Origin: Laetmonice hystrix
Lineage: Eukaryota
Direction of reading: 5' to 3'
NCBI GenBank assembly: GCA_965235115.1
Contig: OZ249437.1
Span: 18,104,001-18,168,000 of the forward strand
Length of the DNA stretch: 64,000 nucleotides
Below are positions 12,271 to 24,800 of the stretch, one piece after another. Position 1 is the stretch's first letter. Every line of letters begins with the position of its first letter. The notes under the pieces were generated by a model. It had not been told where the DNA came from. It searched no databases and saw only the letters and a program-made list of their open reading frames with translations. The position numbers and the translations under genes were made by a program.

Positions 12271-13676
12271 CGTACACTTGTTGGGTTTCTCGCCAGAGTG
12301 GACACGCATGTGAATGAGCAGTTTATAGCGGGCATTGAATGGTTTATGTCGGCGGGGACAGCCGGCCCAGAAACATGTAAAGTCTTCCCCTTTCCGCTGG
12401 TCGATGTGTTGTTTCTCGATGTGTCGTACTAGCTCGTCTTGTTCCTTAAACACTTGATTGCAATCAATCCACTTACAGTACAACTGTCTCGGCTCACCAT
12501 CGTCCAGCTCCTTGTCGGCTGGGTTACTCGCTCGGCCAGGACTTTCGTCAAAGTTCTGAGACAAGTTTTCAGGGTAGGGAGGGGGAGGGGGCATGGACGC
12601 CTCCATTGCGGTGGCGTCTGGCATACTGTTCTGGATGGAGGTTGGCGGGAGCTGAGCGTGGAGCTGTCGACTGTCCTGATACATGTCCTCTGTATTTTGT
12701 TCTTGTTTAAACTGTCCCAGGTAGGGCATACTGTTTGATGGCATTCCGCCTCGCTTGTAACCCGTGTCGTAAGTCAGCGGTGGCTGTTGCTGGACCACCA
12801 TGTGGTTAGCCAATGTCTCCTGACCATTGGGTCCGGTACCCAAGGCAGAGCCATGCTCTAACTGAGCCATGTCGACGTAAGCATTGAGCTGGCTTTCCAT
12901 GCTGTAGTCTCCACCCTTCTTCTCGTGATGGTTGGGCAGAATGTATCGACTCATACCGTTACTGGAGTTAGAGTACGGACTACCATTGTTGTGCGCTAAC
13001 AAATGTCCTAAACAACCTGGAAACTGTCCTGGAAGAGGGGAAACATTCGATGACGAACCCCGGGAACTGGGGTTGTTCATAGTCAAGGAGTTGGGTGACA
13101 ACCTTATGAGCATATTCAAGTCAATACCCTCACTGGAAAGGGGTGATATCGAAAGAACCCTCTTCTTTGGGTTAGTCTTTGCCGAATTTCTCGGACTGTG
13201 TAAGTTTGAGCTTTGAGGTGAATAATCATTCAAGTACGGAGACAGAGAATTGTGTGAGCTTGGGTATTGGGACATTGCTGAAAGTGGGTGATCGGTAAGC
13301 TCGGAGCCCATCAGAGATTGGGAGCCGCTGGCCTGCTGGCCCACGGCCGGCAGGGGTCGGTAGGTGGCGCTCCATGACTCCATCTTGGGCACGTGACTGG
13401 GGATGAGGAAGTGATCCTTGTCCAGGTCGGGTGGGGAGGTGAGGGCGGGCGTGTCGGCGTTATTCCTCCCCGTACCGCTGATACTGGACACTTCACTCGG
13501 GGTAGGCGTGATGGCCATGGCCTGCAACTGCTGGGCACTCGGCAGTGACTTGGACGGTAAGACACCCTCGGTCGAGACGGGCATACCTGCAGACGATGAG
13601 GATGAGGAGGTCTGCCGCTGCTGCGGGAGGTTCATACACTGGCCGGCATAGCTAACACCCACACTGCTGCTGCCTT
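12271..13676 (-). CDS. GLIS3: GLIS1/3-type zinc-finger TF, large exon: N-terminal conserved region, PPxY motif, ZF1, ZF2 and start of ZF3
   Basis: Acceptor gattgtgtttcAG|AAGG at 13677/13676 (in-frame TAA upstream at 13701-13699) and donor ACG|GTAAGT at 12271/12270. Encodes CKWIDCNQVFKEQDELVRHIEKQHIDQRKGEDFTCFWAGCPRRHKPFNARYKLLIHMRVHSGEKPNKCT, nearly identical to vertebrate GLIS3/GLIS1 ZF1-2. Also encodes KKRVLSISPLSSEGIDLNMLIRLSPNSL and PPPPPY, which match GLIS3 N-terminal motifs. The symbol denotes the GLIS1/3 orthology group. Confidence 0.97.
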
Positions 13677-14065
13677 CTGAAACACAATCAGCACACTTTT
13701 AGGAGGGAGGGTGTAAATTGGAGGGTTCACCCCGTGTCGGCAGTGTTTCAGAATAACACTTGCAAACTTTTTCAGTCAAGGGATCTATTGTACCCCGGCC
13801 CGAGGATGATGGTGAAGCCAGCCGCTGGGAGCCAATCCTCAGCACACCTTTATAGGAAGCCACATGTAACGATCCAGGGATGCCAACAACTCTACCTCCC
13901 AGATTCATGGACCTGCAGAGCCTTATAAGGAACATTAAAGTGTATATAAACGTATATTCAGAGAACCATAGCCTACTGTATAGAGAACTGTTCTACCATT
14001 CTTTCATGCAATCTCCTTATACCAATAACACAAGTTCAGGGACAGGACGGACCGAATCAGCACTA

Positions 14066-14163
14066 GAGTTAGGGGTTAGGGGTAGGGGCAGCACTAGGGT
14101 TAAGGGCAGTACTAGGGTTAGGGGCAGCACTAGGGTTAGGGTTAGGGTTAGGGGCAGCACTAG
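14066..14163. repeat. Interstitial telomere-like repeat (TTAGGG and variants)
   Basis: tagggttagggttagggttagggg plus degenerate ttagggg/tagggtt units interleaved with gcagcactag. Confidence 0.75.
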
Positions 14164-14195
14164 TGTGAGAGGTACATTTTTACGGAGGTCTGGGG

Positions 14196-14322
14196 ACAGA
14201 GATTAAGGATTAGGATGAAGAGGTCTGGGGACAGACATTAAGGATTAGGATGAAGAGGTCTGGGACAGAGATTAAGGATTAGGATGAAGAGGTCTGGCGA
14301 CAGAGATTAAGGATTAGGATGA
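14196..14322. repeat. About 35-bp minisatellite, about 4 copies
   Basis: Unit gacagagattaaggattaggatgaagaggtctggg. Confidence 0.9.
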
Positions 14323-14601
14323 CGTTTGAGAATAGGGATCGATTTTTATTTCTTACACTCAAATGTTGTGGGATATTCCCATGGAGATGAGCCGGGGACG
14401 CCTTCATGCTGAGACACAACGACCACTGGCTTACCAGTTACCACAGATCTATATCATATCATCACTCGAGAGATTTGATCGGTAGAGAGCTCTCATATTA
14501 AAGTATGTCTTTATCGGACTCCAGAACTGGTATATCACGCAGTATATTGTAACGGGATGCCAGAATCTCCCTTGAAGAGTTCCACCAACTACTTGAAACC
14601 G

Positions 14602-14986
14602 GGCACCAAGTGGGCACCAAGTGAGCACCAAGTGAGCACCAAGTGAGCACCAAGTGAGCACCAAGTGGGCACCAAGTGAGCACCAAGTGAGCACCAAGTG
14701 AGCACCAAGTGGGCACCAAGTGAGCACCAAGTGAGCACCAAGTGGGCACCAAGTGAGCACCAAGTGAGCACCAAGTGAGCACCAAGTGAACACCAAGTGA
14801 GCACCCAGTGACCACCAAGTGAGCACCCAGTGAGCACCAAGTGAGCACCAAGTGAGCACCAAGTGGGCACCAAGTGAGCACCAAGTGGGCACCAAGTGAG
14901 CACCAAGTGAGCACCAAGTGAGCACCAAGTGAGCACCAAGTGAGCACCAAGTGAGCATCAAGTGAGCACCAAGTGGGTACCAAGTG
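14602..14986. repeat. 11-bp minisatellite, about 35 copies
   Basis: Unit caccaagtgag (variant caccaagtggg). Confidence 0.97.
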
Positions 14987-15399
14987 GCTGCACCATGCAT
15001 GCACCATTGGAAGAGGACGTATGGTTGGCGGGCTCAGTGACTGGGAAATTGTTGCTCCTTCATTAGGTGTCGATTCAGTACATGTATGCTGCTGCCACTT
15101 TGGATCACGGTGCAGGAAGTCTTAGGGCTCTTTGAAAACTTGGATTGAGGAGGGGGGGGGGGTAACTGACCTTAACAAGTGGAACAGTCATCGTGAATAC
15201 TAAAGGGATACTTTACCACGACCAAAGAATATGCTATCGGTTTCTTGTACATTCAATTTACTTTTGGAAGGATGCAGTAAAACAGTAAAATCATTCCGGA
15301 CAGTTCGTGTCCGGACCTTCACTACTTTAAAGAAACATCAAACTCTTTTTTTTCAAAAATGTTAGTTACTAGATATATTTATTACCATTTAAGGCCAGA

Positions 15400-15560
15400 T
15401 TTGGGGTTTTACGCCTTGTCTTCGGGAAGGAGAACTGATGACTGAAAAACCTTTCACACATGCAGCCCTGGCCGGGGATCTAACCCAGACCGTAGTGGTG
15501 TGAGGCGATGGTCCTAGGTGTCATGAACAAACACCTTAGACCACTCGGCCACCCGAGTCC
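15400..15560 (-). mobile_element. tRNA-derived SINE with Pol III A and B boxes, internally deleted
   Basis: Minus strand: A-box TGGCCGAGTGG (15551-15541), B-box-like GGTTAGATCCC (15485-15475), then gctgcatgtgtgaaaggtttttcagtca and tail aaggcgtaaaaccccaaat, both shared with the copy at 31 kb. Confidence 0.75.
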
Positions 15561-18500
15561 CCCGGCCCCCGGCCCCCGGCCCCCGGGCACTGATGTGCAC
15601 ACCTTCTTGCTCATGGCCGGTCTATAAAATTTCACAAGCCACCAAATACCATGCTTAGATTTAATTAGTTCATTAACAGTCGAATGGACCTTTAAAACGG
15701 TCGGAGATCTCAACTTTATGTTCTGGTCCCTGCGCAGCATATTTATGGCGTCACTTGTCCTGCTCAGGCTTGCATACCATTGTCACTATACGACCAGAAA
15801 ACGCCACAGGGTCTCGAAACGGAAGTGGCCCGATCCCCAAATAGTTTGTACTAATTCAAAGCAATGTTTGAAAGCAATGGAATTGTTGATTTAATATGTA
15901 GAGATTTGGTCTGTCATCAAAGGCCGTCGATGTATGTGATCATACTTTACTTTAGAGGCGCGCAGTCCTCTTGATATGGCTCAAAGCGTGGAGATATATG
16001 GCTCAAAGCGTGGAGACAAAGTCTTCAAAGAGCCGAATAATCTTTGCATCCCGAATTCTACGCCATATTGGTCCGAACTAAGTAAATCGACGAATAGAAA
16101 TCTTTAACAGCATAGCTTCCACACTAACAACCACAAAGTGATTGCTGTTTTCACTGCCTAGTTCAATCGTTACACAATTAAATAAACCGCCTTGTCCAAT
16201 TTTTTTAATGGTTTTCTTTTTTCTTTCTTCAGCCAGAACTGAGCTTTTATAATTGCTGTAACCTGGCAGGAAGAGCATGACATTGCCATCAGATTGGATT
16301 GAAATGCTATACTACGCTAAATTTATAATGAAAGTGAATATTACCGTTATCAATCCATTTTCTGAGGATAATGATCTTGTTCCGTTTTGGGGAATTCACT
16401 TCATGTGCCCCCCCCCCCCCGCCGGAACAAATATGTGACAAAGGCGGAAAGTCAAGAATTTTAAAACATAGGAAACTATATTCACACGGCACTTCACAAA
16501 AAACAAACTGAAACATCTAGAAACATATTGGTGTATATAGACCTACTCCCGGATCAGTCGGTACACGTTTTAGCTGAACAGAGTTTGGAGCCCTAGCTTA
16601 CTATCAGAATCACTCGGAGTGACTACTTCTTCGAAACTGATAACTAACTGGGACTGCTTTTTTACTGTATCATTAACTTCCTGGTCACCTGCAGTGATGG
16701 AAATCGTGATCATCAAATAGTTTTGGAAAACTTTCTTTTTGACTGACGGGCTTTCTGAGCGGCTTTATTAGCGTAGTGTGTACTGGTATACTATCTCACT
16801 ATATATACTTCTATAGCATAGCATGTCATAATCTGTCAAAGTTTCTGACGTTTTGATCTTGGAAGAACTTCAGAAACAGAATAGTTGTATGTCGTCTCTT
16901 TTATGAGACACGTACAGTCCGTACTAGACTGCACAGTACTAAAGCTCTATTGAAATCCTGCACACTGACGTTTAGGCCTGGGTCGTTATTTAACTGCATG
17001 GGCCTGCCTAGATATAGGCCTACACAGCCACACTCTGTCTGAGCAGTGACGAACATCAGCCATCCATTTTAAACATCCACTTACTGGCCGTGAAAACTCC
17101 ACATGGAGGTGCAAAGTACACGTGTGTGTCCACGGGTCGGCCTGTGTGGGAGTCTCACCCGAGAGGTCACAGCCGGGAGCCGGGGGCCTCTACTGTCAAT
17201 ATAGGCAGCGGGTGAAAAAACTTTTAAGTTTAGCTCAAGGAGCGCTGCAGTGTGCTTAACGACACTGAATTTACACCATTTAAACCATTTAGTATCTGAA
17301 GGGGAAATAATTATGGAGAAAATAAACAAATGTCAGAATCATCTTAGCAAGACTTAGAGAAGTATTACTCACCGTGATACTAGGTATATCAATCAATTTA
17401 AAAACACACACAACTAGCGTATCGTAGTAGGATGGACTTTGAATGGATCAATAAGAGATTAACGGAGAGAAAACAAACAGACCAACCGTTACCTGCCGTC
17501 CTATTCCTGATTCACTCACTCACACAGTTCATGAGGACCAACTGTCTGGGTACAGAAGTCGTAATACCTTGTCGAGGTTGGAGAAAACTCACAACAAGAC
17601 AGGGAAAGTCATGCGACTCGCTGCTATCTCATTGTCACTTTCAAATGATCAAGTATTATATTGATCTATACGATCTGAGTCCTGATAATGGACATATCTG
17701 TCCATCACCTCAGGGCTGCTCGGTGACCTGTGTGCTGACTATCCAATGGTGAATCTCTCCTTCAACATATCGAGTTGGAGGATAATCAGCAGACAATATC
17801 ATCTAGGGAGCAGACAAAGTATTGATCCATTTATTTGTATTTTATACTGAGTGACATACATATATCTGTTTGTATACGAGATATATCATACAAAACTTTG
17901 GATGAAATTATTTTGTAAACTCAAATACATCTGAAAATATGCTTCTATTAACAAATATAAGCCACCCACTTGCGTTTCCGCATGCAATGGAGGAAGCCAA
18001 AATTGGCTTATTGACACAACTCTATAGGCCTACTGCTGATAGAAATCACGGCGTTACACAGAAGTAGAAAACCTTTCGACGTGACAGAACACCAAACTAT
18101 TGGCAGGTGAAGTGTTCATTAAGTTACAGTGGCTGGCACGATCTGTGTTTGGTAAAACCCCATGTTTCAGGTGAGAAACTGACACGCATCCAAGCAACCT
18201 TTCATAGATAACCGACAACGATCGTGACTTCTTGTATGCACTATTTCAAGCCAAGATTCTGCTGACAGACATCGCTTTGGACGCCGAGAATACTCACTCT
18301 GCGACTCTCACTCTCCTTGCGATCGCCGACAGCGAATTCAGGAATTAATCGCGGCGATATGTCGCCGAAACATCCGCGATCATACACAATTGGCGATTAA
18401 TGAATGTGTGGTGCGATCAAAATGGGATTAGCAAGAGTTTTTCACGTCCTGATCATGTGACTTGCCGGTAACCGTTATATTTAAGTGTTACTCACTTCAC

Positions 18501-19557
18501 GATGAGCCATACAATTAAATCAATAGAAATATATGTGACATGTCACTCATGTGAACTACACTACTGATAGACCACACTCCACACTCGGAGAATTGATCAA
18601 TGATCAATGTATAGCGGGAGCAGGGCCAGGTTTCTACCGAATTGTCCCCAGTGAATGTAACTGATGCTGTGATCAATCTGAACTCTGATAAATTATACTC
18701 TCTCACGCAGCAACTTAAGTGGCAAACTTCATGCCATATATAAAGATATTGTTTAATAGTTTTAATGATGAATTGTCTCAACTCGATTTTACTAGGGCTT
18801 GGTTCTGATATATTCTTGTTACAATATTGGCTATAAAAAACACCCCCCCCCCTGCAAACCCCCCTCCCCCCGACATAGTAGTTCCTATAATAACTTGGGT
18901 TGATAGTCTTTCCATGGATAGGAAGTAGAAATGTGGTATTTATATTGAGTAACCCCTTGTTCCCACATGTTGCTCAAGTGCTTTGATTTCTGGCTCCCTG
19001 CCTCAAGCAGCCTGTGTCTATATCGACAGGCAGGCTCTATATAATCTGCCACACATGTTGCTGCATTCGGAAATATTACTTTCGATGGACGCTAATGCCT
19101 AGCACATGTTGGGCACTTCTGCACGCCCTGACGAATGGCGAGTACAGAGTACTCTAGTTGCTCAACTGGGCAGCAGACTCGTGCTAAACGTGGTGATATG
19201 AAGCTAATCGTGAGGTTCCAATTGCTTGTCCTTCGCTTTATTTTAGTTCTCCAACCTGTGATATATAGCTTTTTCCTCTCAAGATTCCATCATTTGCAGG
19301 TGTTTTCTAAGGCGAAAATTTAAGAAATATTTCCTTCTTTAAAATGAAAACAACCCTAGACGACCCCGAGAAGGTTAAAACTAGAACTATAGCAGACTGA
19401 ACCATTTCGTCAAAGCTTGCATCCCATCAGATGGCAGGCCGTCCGGTTTTTGTTATGTCAGGTGCGAGGGTTCCAACCTGTCTACTAAATCAAGTGTGGG
19501 ACTTATTTCTACCATTGCCAGTTGACTGAGTCTGGCCCCATCCCGGACCGACTGTAT

Positions 19558-20372
19558 GCCCTCCACCGCTCAGCACGGCCAGGCTGTGGCAGCCCTCCAC
19601 CGCTCAGCACGGCCAGGCTGTGGCAGCCCTCCACCGCTCAGCACAGCCAGGCTGTGGCAGCGCTCCACCGCTCAGCACGGCCAGGCTGTGGCAGCCCTCC
19701 ACCGCTCAGCACGGCCAGGCTGTGGCAGCGCTCCACCGCTCAGCACGGCCAGGCTGTGGCAGCCCTCCACCGCTCAGCACGGCCAGGCTGTGGCAGGCCT
19801 CCACCGCTCACTACGGCCAGGCTGTGGCAGCCCTCCACCGCTCAGCACGGCCAGGCTGCATGTGGCAGCCCTCCACCGCCCAGCACGGCCAGGCTGTGGC
19901 AGCGCTCCACCGCTCAGCACGGCCAGGCTGTGGCAGCCCTCCACCGCCCAGCACGGCCAGGCTGTGGCAGCGCTCCACCGCCCAACACGGCCAGGCTGTG
20001 GCAGCCCTCCACCGCTCAGCACGGCCAGGCTGTGGCAGCCCTCCACCGCTCAGCACGGCCAGGCTGTGGCAGCCCTCCACCGCTCAGCACGGCCAGGCTG
20101 TGGCAGCCCTCCACCGCTCAGCACGGCCAGGCTGTGGCAGCCCTCCACCGCTCAGCACGGCCAGGCTGTGGCAGCCCTCCACCGCTCAGCACGGCCAGGC
20201 TGTGGCAGCGCTCCACCGCTCAGCACGGCCAGGCTGTGGCAGCGCTCCACCGCTCAGCACGGCCAGGCTGTGGCAGCGCTCCACCGCTCAGCACGGCCAG
20301 GCTGTGGCAGCCCTCCACCGCTCACCACGGCCAGGCTGTGGCAGCGCTCAACCGCTCAGCACGGCCAGACTG
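19558..20372. repeat. 34-bp GC-rich minisatellite, about 24 copies
   Basis: Unit ccctccaccgctcagcacggccaggctgtggcag. Confidence 0.97.
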
Positions 20373-20439
20373 TGGGCGACGGCCCACTATAAAGCTTCTA
20401 CATGTCGCCATAAACCGCCCCGTCTCGGGGTCTGACCCC

Positions 20440-20620
20440 TCTACACATGGGTCTACCCATGGGTCTCTACATAATATGGGTATGCCCCACTACACATGGA
20501 TTTGACCCATCTACATGGATCAAACCCATCTACACATGCATGAGTCTAACCCATCTACACATTGGTCTGACCCATCTACATATGGTTATGCCCCATCTAC
20601 ACATGGGTCTGACCCATCCA
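20440..20620. repeat. About 21-bp degenerate repeat with self-complementary ACCCAT...ATGGGT units
   Basis: acccatctacacatgggtctg reiterated about 8 times. Related cccat..atggg units recur at 20735-20830. Confidence 0.8.
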
Positions 20621-21197
20621 CAGTGGCATTTTCAGAAATAGCTAAAATAATGAATCGTGAAACAATTCTGCAATAACTCTATTTTCAAGAAATATTGAAT
20701 TTGTAACAAGATCTGGATTATATAATGGATCAACGGAAGGCTGACCCATTTCTAAGATGGGCGACCCATTTACAGATGGGCGTCCCATATAAGCGGGTCC
20801 ATTATTGAGTCCAAACTGTTGCAGATGGGTAGGACCGTGCGTAACAAAATGCAATCATGCCACGCACTGATGATGTCCTTGAAAAACTCCCACAACGATC
20901 AGATAAACTCGGCCATTCACAATCCGTCCACACCCACTTATCACCGCGATGTTGGATCTACACACCTTCTTTCCTATCTTGCTATCGCTGCGATATTTCC
21001 CCCTGTTCTTTATCTTTAATCCCTCCGATTCCTTTCTCAGTTTTGTTGTCCTGTTTCGAAACCGATCGTCTACATGTGTTTAATTTATAATCCCGTAATG
21101 CTGAGTTGATGCTTTGAATTACCGCCGCACCTGATATTTCTTCACACCGTCAATATAATGCGCTCTGTCCGGTAAAAAATGGATCAACGTGGCCAGT

Positions 21198-21832
21198 AAA
21201 AAAAGTCCATTCCTGTAATACACACAGGAATAAAGTCCAAAAAGTCTATTCCTGTTGTACACCCAGGAATAAAGTCCAAAAAGTCCATTCCTGTTGTACA
21301 CCCAGGAATAAAGTCCAAAAAGTCCATTCCTGTTGTACACCCACGAGTAAAGTCCAAAAAGTCTATTCCTGTTGTACACCCAGGAGTGAAGTCCAAAAAG
21401 TCCATTCCTGTTGTACACTCAGGAATAAGGTCCAAAAAGTCCATTCCTGTTGTACACTCAGGAATAAGGTCCAAAAAGTTCAATCCTGTTGTACACCCAG
21501 GAATAAAGTCCCAAAAGTCCATTCCTGTTGTACACTCAGGAATAAAGTCTAAAAAGTCCATTCCTGTTGTACACCCAGGAGTAAAGTCCAAAAAGTCCAT
21601 TCCTGTTGTACACTCAGGAATAAAGTCCAAAAAGTCCATTCCTGTTGTACACCCAGGAATAAAGTCCAAAAAGTCCATTCCTGTTGTACACCCAGGAGTA
21701 AAGTCCAAAAAGTCTATTCCTGTTGTGCACCCAGGAGTAAAGTCCAAAAAGTCCATTCCTGTTGTACACCCAGGAATAAAGTCCAAAAATTCCATTCCTG
21801 TCGTACACCCAGGAATAAAGTCCAAAAAGTCC
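21198..21832. repeat. 39-bp minisatellite, about 16 copies
   Basis: Unit aaagtccattcctgttgtacacccaggaataaagtccaa. Confidence 0.97.
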
Positions 21833-24800
21833 ACATGATCTAAAGCTGTGATTACATGTGATGGTTACATAACATAGGTTCCCGAGTTGCTGATTCTTGT
21901 CTTCTTTCAGTCTTGTATCATTCACGGTCCTCATGTACCAAAAAACATTACACTTTTACATCGACCGATACTGGTCGTTGTAAAATGCTCATGAACACTG
22001 ATTATGAGGACATAAATCTCCCTAGATAAGGGTGATTAAATTCATTAGCTGTTAGGTAAAGATAACAAACTTCATGATCAGCCAGATAAAACCACGTCTA
22101 CTTGGGTGACCCGGCTAAAAAATCTGTCAGCGGCATTTTTTACCCATCTTGTAGGGATTGATATCTTACGGCATTACAAGTAGCAGAAATAAATCCTTCT
22201 AAAACGGATAAAAAGTATTGTAAGACAAGCATCCATTTCTTTTTTTTTCATTTCATTCATTCACTAAAAACCTACATGTAGAGATAAGCCATTTAACGGG
22301 ATAAAAGACATCTTTCTGCCTTGAACAATACTATTATTCGTATCTACTTAACACAAAAAGTTGTTATATAGTCTTCATACCTACGTTTCTATGAGGTCAT
22401 AAGATTGATATGTACACATACTTGGTGGAGGCATTAAATCTTTTGGTTTCTTTAAGTTTTCACCTGAGAATGCGCTATAGCCAAATCAGCCACTTTCAAA
22501 TTGTGCTCTCGTCTCTTTTGTCTAAGTATATGACGGGTCGGGATGACCGGGGCCCCGGCGGACTCAGACAGGAGATCCCCGGGATCCACGCCATGTCTGC
22601 GCCTCGCGCCCCGCTCCCCAAAACCCCGGTTACAATTATGATGCATGTCGCTTCCAGCCCCGTGGTTCAGACAAGTGTGCCTTCCCCCAAAGTCAGGTCA
22701 CACATAAATTGTGTTACTCCAGGGCAAACTCCAGGCAAGGACTTCCAGTGGGGACTGTCACGTGGCCCTGCCCGGGCACAACTCGTAAACACCCGTCTCC
22801 CCGCTATCTACGTAACCAAGCGAGAATACCACGTCAGGTTAGCATCCGCCACATTTCCCTAACTCTCTGACATGGACGACAAGAAAAAGATCTACACTAA
22901 GACTATAAGTCCTTCAATGCGACACCAAAACAATGAGGTGACCGTACACATGTACGGCAGACAACCACTGCTGGTATGTAAACTATTTATTTTTTAAAGA
23001 AAGTTTGGAATTTCCTTATATGATACAAGTATAGGCCTATACGTACATAGACATGTCCACCCATGGAATCCACTGACAGCTCCGGACAATCCAGATTAAG
23101 ATGCAGAATGTTGTTAGAGCTCCACTTGCCGACTCCTGAGGCTGCCATCTCTCCCCTGAGTCCCCATTGACACTGACTGCCCTCGTGTGGAGGCGACCAT
23201 TGGAAGGTGACACTCCGTACTCAAGTCTCGTGTTCTTGATGCCTCCTGTTTGCTGGGGAGGCTTTAGATGAAGTGGCCGGCGACGGTAGGGGCTGAGGGT
23301 TCCTGTGGCTGGCAGGCGGCTGGCAGTGGCCGGTGGCGGGCAGATGTATCCGCCGAAGTTGCCTGGTCTTTAGGCCGCCGGGTCCCTCAAGCCGGGTGTC
23401 CCAGTGCCCAGCACCCTGCAGTCCTACTAACCCACACTGGTGACAAGCACAGCTTGAAATCCGATCTCCACTTTTACCACTATGAGCCAGTAACAGAAGC
23501 TGGTGAAGTATGCTGGATAAATAAACAAGGCAGCAGCTAGATAAGGCTGTCCAAACACTAGCAGAGTGCCAGTATTGTACCAGACCCATCTAGACTGATA
23601 CACCCATAGAACACCCTACCATAGGATGGACCTGTTGTACACAAAACCTGCTGAGCAAAGACAGCAGTGTCAAGGCACATGTCGCTTGTGTGTCAAGGCA
23701 CATGTCGCTTGTGTGTCAAGATTCATGCATTTCGTGTCAAATCATAAAACAAAATTTTATAAATTTGAAAAGGTACAAGCGTCATGCGACCTGTTTTAAG
23801 GCATGTTTTAGAAAACATCAGACCAATCATGGTGATGTTTAATGGCATGGGGTGGGTGGGTAAATCTACTCACCCAACTTCACCATATTTGAAAACTTCA
23901 TGTCGCCATGAAAACGGCCTTAATTACCGACAATCATGCACCACTAGAGTCACTTTAAGTTTAAAGATACAATTACTTCGTGTGTCAAGACAAATGCCTT
24001 TTGTGTCAAGGCACCTGACTTTCGTGTCAATATGCTTCATGCCTCTTGTTTCAAGCAACATGAATTTTTAAACCTCTCGTCTGAGAAGACATGCTTTTGT
24101 GCCATCTGTATGCAGGATCCCCCCCATATATATCGGTAACCTTGCTAGCTGTAACCTGGGAAGATGAACTACAAACAACGATTTACGGATAGCTTGCTGT
24201 GCTGTCAGATAAACCGCTGAAACAGACATGGTGAACCAATTATTAGAACAACATTATTGAAATGAGTCTATGCACTGAGACCATGGCATAACCTTGCTGC
24301 ACGAAAGCCCCAGTAACTTTTTAATGGCCTGACTATACTGTGCTGTAATAAAAACTATTTCCCACAAAAAAAGGCATACCTTAAATCCCGAATTAAGATT
24401 TTGGGTAAAAACATTATCTTAAAAAAAAGAAAAGAAATCCGACAAAATAATCCGATTCAACATCGGAATGTTGGTTGTTATTCTATGCTACCACATCACA
24501 TCTGATTTGAGCAAAGGGACAGAGCAGAGACGTTATCCATGTCGTCTTCTTTCAAGACTTTGCTAAGTATATCGAGGAGATCCCCGATAGGTCGTGACAG
24601 CTCTGTTACCCTCCAAACTACTTTGTCAGCTCCGAGTCCGTCTGTGGTGGAACCTGACCTTGCTGTGCTATCATAACACCCCTAGCCTACATTACTTAAC
24701 CTTTGACAGCATGGCATTCCCCAATACAGAGTGATCACATCTAGCGGACATACGACCCCTTCAGTGGTCGCTATTGAAACGCCTCGATCTACTACTACAA

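Noticed and set aside
12244-13662. Treating the 472-aa ORF as a complete single-exon gene
   Set aside because: It stops mid-finger at a consensus donor and has a proper acceptor at 13676, so it is an internal exon.
15400-15560. tRNA gene
   Set aside because: It has A and B boxes but no complete cloverleaf and continues into a SINE body and tail, so it is called a SINE.
9079-15696. 12-bp inverted match TTAAAGGTCCAT that could bound a 6.6-kb element
   Set aside because: Matches of this length are expected by chance in 64 kb, and the interval contains a conserved GLIS exon.
19522-20505. ORFs of 271-327 aa (STARLWQP repeats)
   Set aside because: Products of the 34-bp minisatellite cycling through frames.
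21119-21934. 13-aa repeat ORFs (KSKKSIPVVHPGI, MDFLDFIPGCTTG)
   Set aside because: 39-bp minisatellite. The ORFs at 14449-15007, 32585-33658, 46660-47571 and 48800-49275 have the same explanation.
23268-23540. ORF containing THTGDKH, like a zinc-finger linker
   Set aside because: No Cys/His finger spacing around it. Possibly decayed coding sequence, but unidentifiable.
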